From contig JANNYL010000451.1 of assembly GCA_031410075.1 (NCBI GenBank), positions 1 to 32,893 of the forward strand: a stretch of 32,893 bases of DNA. Reading direction: 5' to 3'. The stretch's first letter is position 1, and each line of letters opens with the position of its first letter. This document shows positions 24,890 through 32,893 of this stretch, one piece after another. The notes below the pieces were generated by a model. The model was not told the origin of the DNA and ran no database searches. It was given only the letters and a program-made list of their open reading frames with translations. This DNA comes from Flavobacteriales bacterium. GTDB lineage: Bacteria; Bacteroidota; Bacteroidia; Flavobacteriales_F; PHOS-HE28. The position numbers and the translations under genes were made by a program.

Positions 24890-25954
24890 ATGAACAAAAC
24901 ACGCGACCGTTTCCTGATCGCTCTTGCAGTGATCGCGTTGCTCTATATCGGCAAGGCTGTATTCATCCCTTTGTGTTACAGCTTGCTACTTGCCATAGTG
25001 CTTTATCCCATGGTCTCGCGGTTGGAGAAAAGGGGCCTCAACAGCGCGTTGTCCATCACCGCCGCATTATTGGTCGTCATCGTTCTTTTCTCCGGGATCG
25101 TGGTTCTGCTCATGTGGCAATTGCATGCGTTCCTGAACCAATTGCCCGCGTTGCGCGAAGGCTCCTCCGGAATAGTCACCCATTTGGTTGACCGGATACA
25201 ACAGACTATCGACGGGATCCCACGGAACGGTGCGGCACGCTGGGAGGCGTTGCTGGCAGTGCTCCCGAAAGGCTTGGGCGGATTCTTCCTGAAAGCCATG
25301 GATTCTGTTTTCGGGATGGTCTTCAACCTGTTCCTGATCCCGATCCTGACCGCGCTTTTGCTGTATGACCGTCGGCGCTATGTTCTTGTATTGTCCGAAT
25401 TCGCGGGCTCCTCGCTCAGGCCGTTGTTGCCGGATATACTTCACCGCAGCGTTCACAATTTTGCTGCGTTCGTCTTTGGCACGGCGAAGGTGTACCTCAT
25501 CGTTGGCGTGTTGAACAGCCTTGGCTTGGCCCTCCTGGGTGTGGACAATGCGATACTGTTCGGGATGCTTTCCGCTCTGATGACCATCATTCCGTACGTC
25601 GGCATCATGATCAGTTCCTTGCTGCCGATGTCGTTGGTGTGGATAGCAACGGGGAATGCGTGGTATCCCCTCGGTGTCGTGGCGGTTTACGCGGTAGTGC
25701 AATACCTGGAAGCGAACCTGATCTTTCCGAAGGTGGTAGGGCACCAATTGCATGTGAATACAATGGCATCCATCGTGATCGTGCTGGCCGGTGCATTACT
25801 CTGGGGAGTATCTGCCATGATCCTGTTGCTGCCCTTCATGGCGATCCTGAAGATCGTCAGTTCGGATGTTCCGTCCATGCGCGGGATCGATCTGCTGTTA
25901 GGTGATGAGGATCCTGATCCTCCAGGATCATCAGTGCCGGGTTCGCCCAGGTGA
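24890..25954 (+). CDS. AI-2E family transporter
   Basis: Multi-TM; IIPYVG, VQYLEANLIFPKVVG, LWGVSAMILLLP motifs. Confidence 0.9.
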   Translation: MNKTRDRFLIALAVIALLYIGKAVFIPLCYSLLLAIVLYPMVSRLEKRGLNSALSITAALLVVIVLFSGIVVLLMWQLHAFLNQLPALREGSSGIVTHLVDRIQQTIDGIPRNGAARWEALLAVLPKGLGGFFLKAMDSVFGMVFNLFLIPILTALLLYDRRRYVLVLSEFAGSSLRPLLPDILHRSVHNFAAFVFGTAKVYLIVGVLNSLGLALLGVDNAILFGMLSALMTIIPYVGIMISSLLPMSLVWIATGNAWYPLGVVAVYAVVQYLEANLIFPKVVGHQLHVNTMASIVIVLAGALLWGVSAMILLLPFMAILKIVSSDVPSMRGIDLLLGDEDPDPPGSSVPGSPR

Positions 25955-26037
25955 GGTTACGTTTTCCGCGGAGATCGACCCCACGATAACCAAGGTGATG
26001 GCGACCTTTCACTGGCGTCAAGTTGCAGCCCCAATGC

Positions 26038-26080
26038 TGACGATCGACAGTTTTGCGGCGATGCGGTGCAGGTAGCTTCA
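26038..26080 (+). promoter_or_regulatory. ppsA promoter (Crp/Fnr-like box with one mismatch; probably leaderless)
   Basis: TGAC-GATC-GACA (26038-26049), 23-bp gap, TAGCTTCA (26073-26080), ATG at 26085. Confidence 0.55.
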
Positions 26081-26084
26081 TGGT

Positions 26085-28481
26085 ATGGAACCGAACATCA
26101 AATGGCTGCGCGATGTGCGCAACACGGACGTCACATCCGTTGGCGGTAAAAACGCATCGCTCGGTGAGCTGATCGCCATACTCGGCAGCGAGGGGATCGA
26201 AGTGCCTGTGGGCTTCGCGATCACCGCACAAGCGTACTGGGCCTTTCTGGACTCCAACGGGATCAGGAAGCCCATCGAAGCGTGCATGGCGCGAATGGAC
26301 CGGAAGGACTTGAGCAACTTGAAAGCGGTTGCTGACGATTCGCGGGCGTTGATCCTTGCGGCCCAATGGCCGGTGGACCTAGAGCAGGAGATCCGGGCAG
26401 CATATCGCGTGTTGGCAAACACGGGCATCGCCTCGGTTGCCATGCGCAGCAGCGCCACCGCCGAGGACCTGCCCACGGCGAGTTTCGCCGGGCGCCATGA
26501 GTCGTTCTTGAACATCCAGAGCGAGGAGGCGCTGCTCGAAGCGTGCAAGCGCTGCTATGCGTCACTCTTCAGCGAGCGCGCCATCAAGTACCGGCAGGAC
26601 ATGGGCTTCCCGGACATGAAGGTGGCGCTGTCCATCGGTGTGCAACACATGGTCCGTTCGGACACCGGTGGTGCTGGCGTGATCTTCACCTTGGAACCTG
26701 AGAGCGGTTTCCGCAACGTGGTGCATATCGCGGCCAATTGGGGCCTGGGCGAGAACGTGGTGCAAGGCGCGGTGGAACCGGACGAGTACCAGGTCTTCAA
26801 ACCCACACTCCGCGAAGGCAAGCGCGCCATACTGCAACGTCGCCTCGGCGCGAAGCAGAAGACGATGGTGCTGGCCCCTGCGGGCAACGAACAGCCGGGT
26901 TCCACCACGCTGAATCTGGACACGCCCCAGGAGCAACGCGGCCGCTTCGTTCTGAGCGATGCGGAAGTGGAACAACTCGCGCGTTGGGCAGTGATCATCG
27001 AAGACCACTACCGCATGCCCATGGACATCGAGTGGGCCAAGGATGGCGAGACCGGTCGCTTGTTCATCGTGCAGGCGCGGCCCGAAACGGTACACTCGGC
27101 CAGGGATCCCTTCCAGTTGAAGGAATACGAGTTGAAGAGCAAGGGCACCGTGCTGGTGACAGGCAGTGCCGTGGGAAGCAAGATCGCGGCAGGTCGTGTT
27201 CGCAAGTTGGATTCACCGGCGCAAGCGGATCAACTGCTCGATGGCGAAGTGCTCGTCACCGACATCACGAACCCGGACTGGGATCCCGTGCTAAAGCGCG
27301 CCTCGGCGATCGTCACCAACAAGGGCGGCCGCACCAGCCATGCGGCGATCGTGGCGCGGGAGATGGGCACCGTGGCCGTTGTGGGCGCATTGAACGCGAC
27401 CGAGGTGCTGAAGGATGGACAACTAGTCACAGTTTCCTGCGCGGAAGGCCGGACGGGAAGGATCTATGACGGCCAACTCGATTGGACGGAGAAGCGGATC
27501 GATCTGAAATCCGTGCAACGGCCACGTACCGATGCGATGCTCATTCTCGCGGATCCGGAGAAGGCTTTCCGGTATTCATTCTACCCGAACCGTGGGGTGG
27601 GCCTGATGCGTCTGGAATTCGTGATCAACAACACCATCCGCGTGCACCCCATGGCGCTGGTGAAATTCGATGAGCTGACCGATGCCAAGGCGAAAGCGGA
27701 GATCGAACTGTTGACGAAGCACCACCCCGACAAACGCCGCTACTTCATTGAACACTTGGCTGAAGCTGTGGCCACCATCGCGGCGGCCTTCCACCCGCAC
27801 GACGTGATCGTGCGCATGAGCGACTTCAAGACCAATGAGTACGCGAGCCTGCTCGGGGGCAAGCAGTTCGAACCGGAGGAGGAGAACCCGATGATCGGTT
27901 TCCGTGGTGCATCGCGCTACTACAACGAACGCTACCGCGAGGGCTTCCGCCTAGAGTGTGCCGCCATGAAGATGGTGCGCGAGGAGATGGGCCTCACCAA
28001 TGTGAAGCTGATGATCCCCTTCTGCCGCACGGTGGGCGAGGCCAAGCGCGTGGTGGAATTGATGGCGGAGTTCGGCCTGAAGCGCGGGGAGAACGGCCTG
28101 CAACTGTACATGATGACCGAGATCCCGAGCAACGTGATCCGCGCTAAAGACTTCGCGAAGTACTTCGATGGCTTCAGCATCGGTAGCAATGACCTGACGC
28201 AATTGACGCTCGGCATCGATCGCGACTCGGCGATCATCAGCGACCTGTTCAGCGAGAGCGATGCTGCCGTGATCGACATGATCACCTCCGTGATCGCTTC
28301 CGCCCACGCCACGGGCACACGTATCGGTCTCTGCGGCCAGGCGCCGAGCGACGACCCCGCCTTCGCGAAGTTCCTCGTGGATCAGGGGATCGATAGCATC
28401 TCCTTCAACCCCGATGCGTTGATCAACGGGATCAACAACATCCGCGAAGCCGAGCGTACCCTAAAACTGGCCACCAACTGA
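26085..28481 (+). CDS. ppsA: Phosphoenolpyruvate synthase (pyruvate, water dikinase)
   Basis: VGGKNASLGE, RSSATAEDLP.ASFAG, DIEWAKDG, GGRTSHAAIVARE (phospho-His), GFSIGSNDLTQL, CGQAPSD. Confidence 0.96.
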   Translation: MEPNIKWLRDVRNTDVTSVGGKNASLGELIAILGSEGIEVPVGFAITAQAYWAFLDSNGIRKPIEACMARMDRKDLSNLKAVADDSRALILAAQWPVDLEQEIRAAYRVLANTGIASVAMRSSATAEDLPTASFAGRHESFLNIQSEEALLEACKRCYASLFSERAIKYRQDMGFPDMKVALSIGVQHMVRSDTGGAGVIFTLEPESGFRNVVHIAANWGLGENVVQGAVEPDEYQVFKPTLREGKRAILQRRLGAKQKTMVLAPAGNEQPGSTTLNLDTPQEQRGRFVLSDAEVEQLARWAVIIEDHYRMPMDIEWAKDGETGRLFIVQARPETVHSARDPFQLKEYELKSKGTVLVTGSAVGSKIAAGRVRKLDSPAQADQLLDGEVLVTDITNPDWDPVLKRASAIVTNKGGRTSHAAIVAREMGTVAVVGALNATEVLKDGQLVTVSCAEGRTGRIYDGQLDWTEKRIDLKSVQRPRTDAMLILADPEKAFRYSFYPNRGVGLMRLEFVINNTIRVHPMALVKFDELTDAKAKAEIELLTKHHPDKRRYFIEHLAEAVATIAAAFHPHDVIVRMSDFKTNEYASLLGGKQFEPEEENPMIGFRGASRYYNERYREGFRLECAAMKMVREEMGLTNVKLMIPFCRTVGEAKRVVELMAEFGLKRGENGLQLYMMTEIPSNVIRAKDFAKYFDGFSIGSNDLTQLTLGIDRDSAIISDLFSESDAAVIDMITSVIASAHATGTRIGLCGQAPSDDPAFAKFLVDQGIDSISFNPDALINGINNIREAERTLKLATN

Positions 28482-28496
28482 TCAACGCGAACCGCC

Positions 28497-28706
28497 ATGA
28501 ACAACCTGAACCACAGCCCGGGCATCTTGCTCGCACAAGGCCCCGGCGATCCCAAGCAGCCTGACTTCCCGAGGCCAGAGCAGCCTACGACCGTGCCGCA
28601 CGTGCCCACCATCCAGCCGGTACCCGGCAGTCCGATCCCCAAGCCGCATGATCCACCGACCGGTCCGCCACGTGAGCCGCCCACGCGGCCGCAACCCGGT
28701 TCCTGA
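28497..28706 (+). CDS. Small proline-rich hypothetical protein
   Basis: ATG 15 nt after the ppsA stop; fills the gap before the next ORF; PxxP-rich low-complexity sequence. Confidence 0.5.
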   Translation: MNNLNHSPGILLAQGPGDPKQPDFPRPEQPTTVPHVPTIQPVPGSPIPKPHDPPTGPPREPPTRPQPGS

Positions 28707-28727
28707 ACCGCCAGCCTCGATCGACCC

Positions 28728-28886
28728 ATGTCCCGATCATATTTCCCGGATCGTGCCGAGGCAGGGCAGTTGCTCGCGAAGGAGTTGGAGCGTTGCCGTG
28801 GTACCGATGCGATAGTACTCGCGATCCCTCGCGGAGGTGTGACCGTTGGGCATGCCCTCGCGAAGGAACTGGGCCTTGAACTCTTC
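28728..28886 (+). pseudogene. Truncated phosphoribosyltransferase-family gene (N-terminal ~53 aa only)
   Basis: FPDRAEAGQLLA...IVLAIPRGGV.VG..LAKEL is the classic N-terminus of this family. Similarity then ends, and no PRPP-binding VDDG motif follows before the ATPase. The end coordinate is approximate. Confidence 0.75.
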
Positions 28887-29044
28887 TCGCGCGGCGGCGG
28901 CAGCAATTTGGAAAGGCCGCGCAACCGGTGGGTCGCGGAAGAACTTCATCGGGCATTTGGTTCTGGTCACCATCCACGAGGATCAGGTCGAGGACCTGCG
29001 CTTCTTCATCGCCCTATACCTTTCGTTCCGTCCGATCCATCCCA

Positions 29045-31552
29045 TTGCTGAACAACCCTTTCCCCTTCACCGGCCTAAGCGATACAGAGGTCCTGGGATC
29101 GCGCACTGCGCACGGCAGCAACGCCATGGAAGCCCGCGAGCGCAGCGGTTTCTGGAAAGCCCTCTTCACGGCGCTTACGGAACCGATGTTCCTGCTTCTG
29201 GTCGCCGCCGCCACGATCTATTTCATCCTTGGTGACACGCATGAAGCATTCTTCATGCTCGGTGCGATCGTGCTTGTGAGCGCGATCTCGTTGTACCAGG
29301 ACCAACGAAGCCGACGGGCGCTGGAAGCCTTGGCGCAATACAGCCAAGCACTCACGAAGGCCATCCGCAACAATGCATTGGTGGAACTGCCAACCGAGGA
29401 ACTGGTTGTGGGCGACCTCGTGGTGGTGTCCGAGGGTGAGCTGATCGCGGCCGATGGTCTGGTGGTGCACGCGAACGACTTTTCGGTGAACGAATCGATC
29501 CTTACTGGTGAGGCCTTCGCGGTCAGCAAGGACCTCAACGGAGGCAAGGGAAGCCGGGTCTTCCGCGGAACACAGGCTGTGGGCGGGCTCGCGGTGATGC
29601 GCGTTACTCAGGTGGGAGCAGCCACGGAGCTCGGGCGTATAGGCACATCGCTCGCCGCGATCACTGAAAGCCGCTCACCACTGGAGTTGCAGATCTCGCG
29701 CTTCGTCCGCAACATGGCCATCATCGGCCTGCTGTTCTTCCTGGTCGTGTGGGGGCTGAATTATCGCTCTTCCGGCAACTTGCTGGAGAGCCTGCTGAAA
29801 GGACTCACGCTGGCCATGAGCATTCTTCCAGAGGAGATCCCCGTGGCCTTCACCACTTTCATGGCCCTGGGCGCGTGGCGGCTGATGAAGCTGGGCATCC
29901 TGGTGAAGCAAGCGAAGACCGTGGAAACGCTCGGCTCGGCCACCGTGATCTGCACGGACAAGACAGGCACCATCACCGAGAACCGAATGGAACTGGTGGC
30001 GATCCATCTACGCGATAAAACCACCGCGCTCGCACTCCCGAACTGGTCAGGACCCGATGCATTGCACTTGATCACAACGGCCATGTGGGCCAGCGAGCCC
30101 GTCCCCTTCGACCCCATGGAGATCGCCTTGCATGAAGTATACGGCCGGTTAACCGCCATTGACGAAAGACCGCGGTTCAAGATGGTGCATGAGTACCCGT
30201 TGAGCGGCCAGCCGCCGATGATGACACACGTGTTCGACGATGGCAGCGGTCGCCGGATCATCGCCGCGAAGGGCGCGCCCGAAGCGATCCTTGCCTGTTC
30301 ACATTTGGCCCAGGCTGAGCGCGATAAGTTACTGGCACAGGTGGAAACGTTGGCCGCGAAAGGATTTCGCGTGCTGGCCGTTGGCGAAACGACATTGATC
30401 GGCAATGCGTATCCCGTCACACAACAGGAGTTGCCCTTCACCTACCTCGGTCTTGTGGCCTTCCGCGATCCGCCCAAGGCGAACATCGCCGAAGTATTCC
30501 GTGGATTCCGCGAGGCGGGCATCCGTGTGAACATCATCACCGGGGATATCGCGATGACCACACGTGCCATTGCAAAGGAGGTGGGATTCAAGGAGGAAGG
30601 TCGAGCACTCAGTGGTGAAGAAGTATTGCGGATGAGCGACATGGAACTGGACGAAGCATTGCGCACGAGCAACCTCTTCACCCGCATGTTCCCTGAAGCC
30701 AAGCTGCGCGTGGTGAACGCGCTGAAGGCGCAAGGCCATGTGGTGGCGATGACCGGAGATGGCGTGAACGACGGGCCTGCGCTGAAGGCCGCGCACATCG
30801 GCATCGCCATGGGCAAGCGTGGAAGCGAACTGGCGAAGGAGGCCGCAGCCCTGATCTTGTTGGATGATGACCTGGGTCGGATGGTCGACGCCGTGGCCAT
30901 GGGCCGTAAGATCTACGGCAACCTGAAGAAGGCGATCCAATACATCATCAGTATCCACATCCCTATCATCCTCACGGTGGCGTTGCCGTTGTTGTTGGGA
31001 TGGCTGTACCCGAACATCTTCACGCCGGTCCATGTGATCTTCCTGGAGTTGCTGATGGGTCCCACATGCAGCATCGCTTACGAGAACGAACCGTTGGAGG
31101 CGGGCAGCATGCAACGTGCGCCGCGCCGCATGGACCTCACGTTCCTGTCCTGGGCCGAATTGCGCACAAGCGTTGCCCAGGGCCTCATGATCACGGCAGG
31201 CACCTTGTTCTGTTACCAATATGGTGTACGGACAGCGCTCGGCGAAGACCTTACCCGAACCATGGTATTCACCTCCCTGGTCGTGGCGAACATCGCGCTA
31301 ACGCTGGTGAACCGGTCGTTCCATCATTCCATCGTGAGCACATTGCGCTATCGCAATCCCCTGTTGCGTGGCATTGTGCTGGGCACCTTGGGACTGCTCC
31401 TGGTGCTCTTGTACGCACCGGTGCCGCGCGACTTCTTCCATCTGGCCACACCATCACTTCCGCTGCTGGCGATATCGACCAGTGCAGGTCTTGTGTCGGT
31501 GCTGTGGTACGAAGGGGTGAAGTGGTGGGCGCGCCGCTCGACGGCTGAATAA
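29045..31552 (+). CDS. Cation-translocating P-type ATPase (P2A/Ca-type-like)
   Basis: TGE, PEEIP, DKTGT, KGAPE, DPP, TGD, GDGVNDGPAL. Start uncertain; in-frame TTG 29045 is preferred over 28928. Confidence 0.93.
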   Translation: MLNNPFPFTGLSDTEVLGSRTAHGSNAMEARERSGFWKALFTALTEPMFLLLVAAATIYFILGDTHEAFFMLGAIVLVSAISLYQDQRSRRALEALAQYSQALTKAIRNNALVELPTEELVVGDLVVVSEGELIAADGLVVHANDFSVNESILTGEAFAVSKDLNGGKGSRVFRGTQAVGGLAVMRVTQVGAATELGRIGTSLAAITESRSPLELQISRFVRNMAIIGLLFFLVVWGLNYRSSGNLLESLLKGLTLAMSILPEEIPVAFTTFMALGAWRLMKLGILVKQAKTVETLGSATVICTDKTGTITENRMELVAIHLRDKTTALALPNWSGPDALHLITTAMWASEPVPFDPMEIALHEVYGRLTAIDERPRFKMVHEYPLSGQPPMMTHVFDDGSGRRIIAAKGAPEAILACSHLAQAERDKLLAQVETLAAKGFRVLAVGETTLIGNAYPVTQQELPFTYLGLVAFRDPPKANIAEVFRGFREAGIRVNIITGDIAMTTRAIAKEVGFKEEGRALSGEEVLRMSDMELDEALRTSNLFTRMFPEAKLRVVNALKAQGHVVAMTGDGVNDGPALKAAHIGIAMGKRGSELAKEAAALILLDDDLGRMVDAVAMGRKIYGNLKKAIQYIISIHIPIILTVALPLLLGWLYPNIFTPVHVIFLELLMGPTCSIAYENEPLEAGSMQRAPRRMDLTFLSWAELRTSVAQGLMITAGTLFCYQYGVRTALGEDLTRTMVFTSLVVANIALTLVNRSFHHSIVSTLRYRNPLLRGIVLGTLGLLLVLLYAPVPRDFFHLATPSLPLLAISTSAGLVSVLWYEGVKWWARRSTAE

Positions 31553-31556
31553 GCGG

Positions 31557-32126
31557 TCAGGCTTTTCGACGCACCACTTCCACAGGGATCTTGCTGAGCT
31601 TGGAGTAGAGCCGACTGCGTCCCCGCAAGGGCCACCAATCGTACAGGTACAATTGCATCGGCCGCCACATGGCCACCCAACCCGCAATTGTCAGGCTCTC
31701 TCGCAGGATCTTGAACAGCGTGCCTTCGCGGTCAGCCAGGAAATAGCTGCTCGTGATGAGACAGGTCGCTAGGAATGCCAGGCCGATGATGAGGCTTGTT
31801 CGGGCATGTTTCATCAGCTGCCGGAATTCCATATTGATCAACTGCCCACGGTACGCGAAGTAGTGGTGCACGGCTTCGCGGATCGTGGCGGTCGGATCCT
31901 CTGCGGGCCATTCGATCAAATGAACGTGCAAGGTGACCGGCGTGGCCAGCGGGTACTCGCGCATCCAACTCACGATGAACTCCTCCGCATCGTGGTCCAG
32001 ATCCTTTTCATGGAACGGTGCCGGATCCATGGAATTGAACAGGGCGGCCACATTGCGCAGTTCCAACTCAACCCGCTGTTTATGCAAGTGACGGCCTGAA
32101 CCTTCCTTGAGCCGTTGTGCGGTCAT
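31557..32126 (-). CDS. Conserved hypothetical membrane protein
   Basis: LFNSMDPAPFHEKDLD..AEEFI, two C-terminal TM segments, GWVAMWRP..LYDWWP; likely ATG 32126. Confidence 0.8.
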   Translation of the reverse strand: MTAQRLKEGSGRHLHKQRVELELRNVAALFNSMDPAPFHEKDLDHDAEEFIVSWMREYPLATPVTLHVHLIEWPAEDPTATIREAVHHYFAYRGQLINMEFRQLMKHARTSLIIGLAFLATCLITSSYFLADREGTLFKILRESLTIAGWVAMWRPMQLYLYDWWPLRGRSRLYSKLSKIPVEVVRRKA

Positions 32127-32211
32127 ATGGTGCAAAGATCGCTCTCCCTCGTGGTGTTCGTTCCTCGAGGATCTCCTTTTCGAAGCCTATCGAGCAACAG
32201 AATGTCATCAT

Positions 32212-32276
32212 TGAGAAAGATCAGGTACTTTCTTGACATGGATCAGCGATGTGGTTTTGCGGTTGGATTTGTTTCG
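32212..32276 (+). promoter_or_regulatory. hsp20 promoter with tandem Crp/Fnr-like boxes
   Basis: TGAG-AAAG-ATCA (32212-32223) and TGAC-ATGG-ATCA (32234-32245), 22 bp apart; TTGTTTCG (32269-32276) after a 23-bp gap. Confidence 0.68.
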
Positions 32277-32302
32277 CACCACAGTTCAAAAAAACAACAA
32301 CC

Positions 32303-32773
32303 ATGACAACCCTGCTTGCACGTACACCTGTACTGCCATCATTCAATGATGATGACAGCTTTGGTTTCCCGAGTATGTTTTTGGATGCTGATCCATGGAA
32401 CTTCTCCGACCGAATGTTCAAGGCGCCATTCGTCCGTACTGGTGGATCGCCTGCGGTGAACATCAAGGACAACACCAAGTCCTTCGAGTTGGAACTTGCC
32501 GTCCCCGGCTACAAGAAAGAGGATATGAAGGTGAACGTAGAGAACGGCGTTCTGACCATCTCCTCTGAAATGAAGAAGGAAAACGAAGAGGAAAAGAAAG
32601 GCTTCACCCGGCGCGAATTCAGCTACAGCTCATTCAAGCGTTCGTTCCAATTGCCCGAGAACGTTGATGGCGACAGTGTGAAGGCCAATTTCGTTGACGG
32701 GGTATTGAAACTCACCCTGCCCAAGATGCATGCCTTGCCCGAGAAAAAGGGCAAGGAAGTCCGGATCAGCTGA
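32303..32773 (+). CDS. Hsp20/alpha-crystallin small heat shock protein
   Basis: PAVNIKD...ELAVPG.KKED..V.VENGVLTIS...RREFSYSSFKRSFQLP...A.FVDGVL.L.LPK; ATG 32303 after an A-rich leader. Confidence 0.95.
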   Translation: MTTLLARTPVLPSFNDDDSFGFPSMFLDADPWNFSDRMFKAPFVRTGGSPAVNIKDNTKSFELELAVPGYKKEDMKVNVENGVLTISSEMKKENEEEKKGFTRREFSYSSFKRSFQLPENVDGDSVKANFVDGVLKLTLPKMHALPEKKGKEVRIS

Positions 32774-32778
32774 GAAAG

Positions 32779-32794
32779 GAGCGGGGGACCGCTC
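32779..32794 (+). terminator. Short hairpin after hsp20
   Basis: GAGCGG-GGGA-CCGCTC with a GNRA loop but no U-tract; may stabilise the RNA rather than terminate it. Confidence 0.35.
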
Positions 32795-32893
32795 GCCTTG
32801 GAACGAGGATCCATGACGACCGGTGAGGAGCGATCCGATCTGGATGCTCAGGAGACCGATGTTCACTTCAAGGATCGAAATACCCCGAGCCCT

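Noticed and set aside
32813-32893. ORF start MTTGEERSDLDAQETDVHFKDRNTPSP at the right edge
   Set aside because: Only 27 codons are visible; it cannot be identified or confirmed as coding.

Overview
Bacteroidota (Flavobacteriales-like) chromosomal region, judged from T9SS C-terminal sorting domains, fused ccoNO, TAnnTTTG-type promoters and no Shine-Dalgarno sites. It is a low-oxygen island. Contents: a cbb3 oxidase operon (ccoS-ccoNO-ccoQ-ccoP-ccoG-fixH-TauE/DsbD_2, no ccoI); a clade II N2O reductase cluster (cytochrome c-nosZ-nosB-nosL-nosD-nosF-nosY) with a fasciclin lipoprotein, an Fe-S Rrf2 regulator and a divergent NnrS/heme-copper-oxidase-like membrane protein; T9SS-secreted proteins including a multicopper oxidase; and a stress set (Usp, HMA chaperone, PpsA, P-type ATPase, Hsp20). 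Beyond the ORF track I found four main things. (1) A TGAY-N4-RTCA palindrome exactly 23 bp upstream of a -7-like element at 11 promoters. (2) A second palindrome, CGGAC-N6-GTCCG, at only the nos-associated promoters, inside an interlocked divergent switch. (3) A repeat-bracketed, AT-richer cassette of two T9SS paralogues with variable N-termini and near-identical C-termini, each ATGA-coupled to the stump of a missing upstream gene. (4) An unlisted cysteine-dioxygenase-like gene with altered metal ligands. No rRNA, tRNA, CRISPR array or transposase was seen. All calls come from reading motifs by eye; no searches were run.
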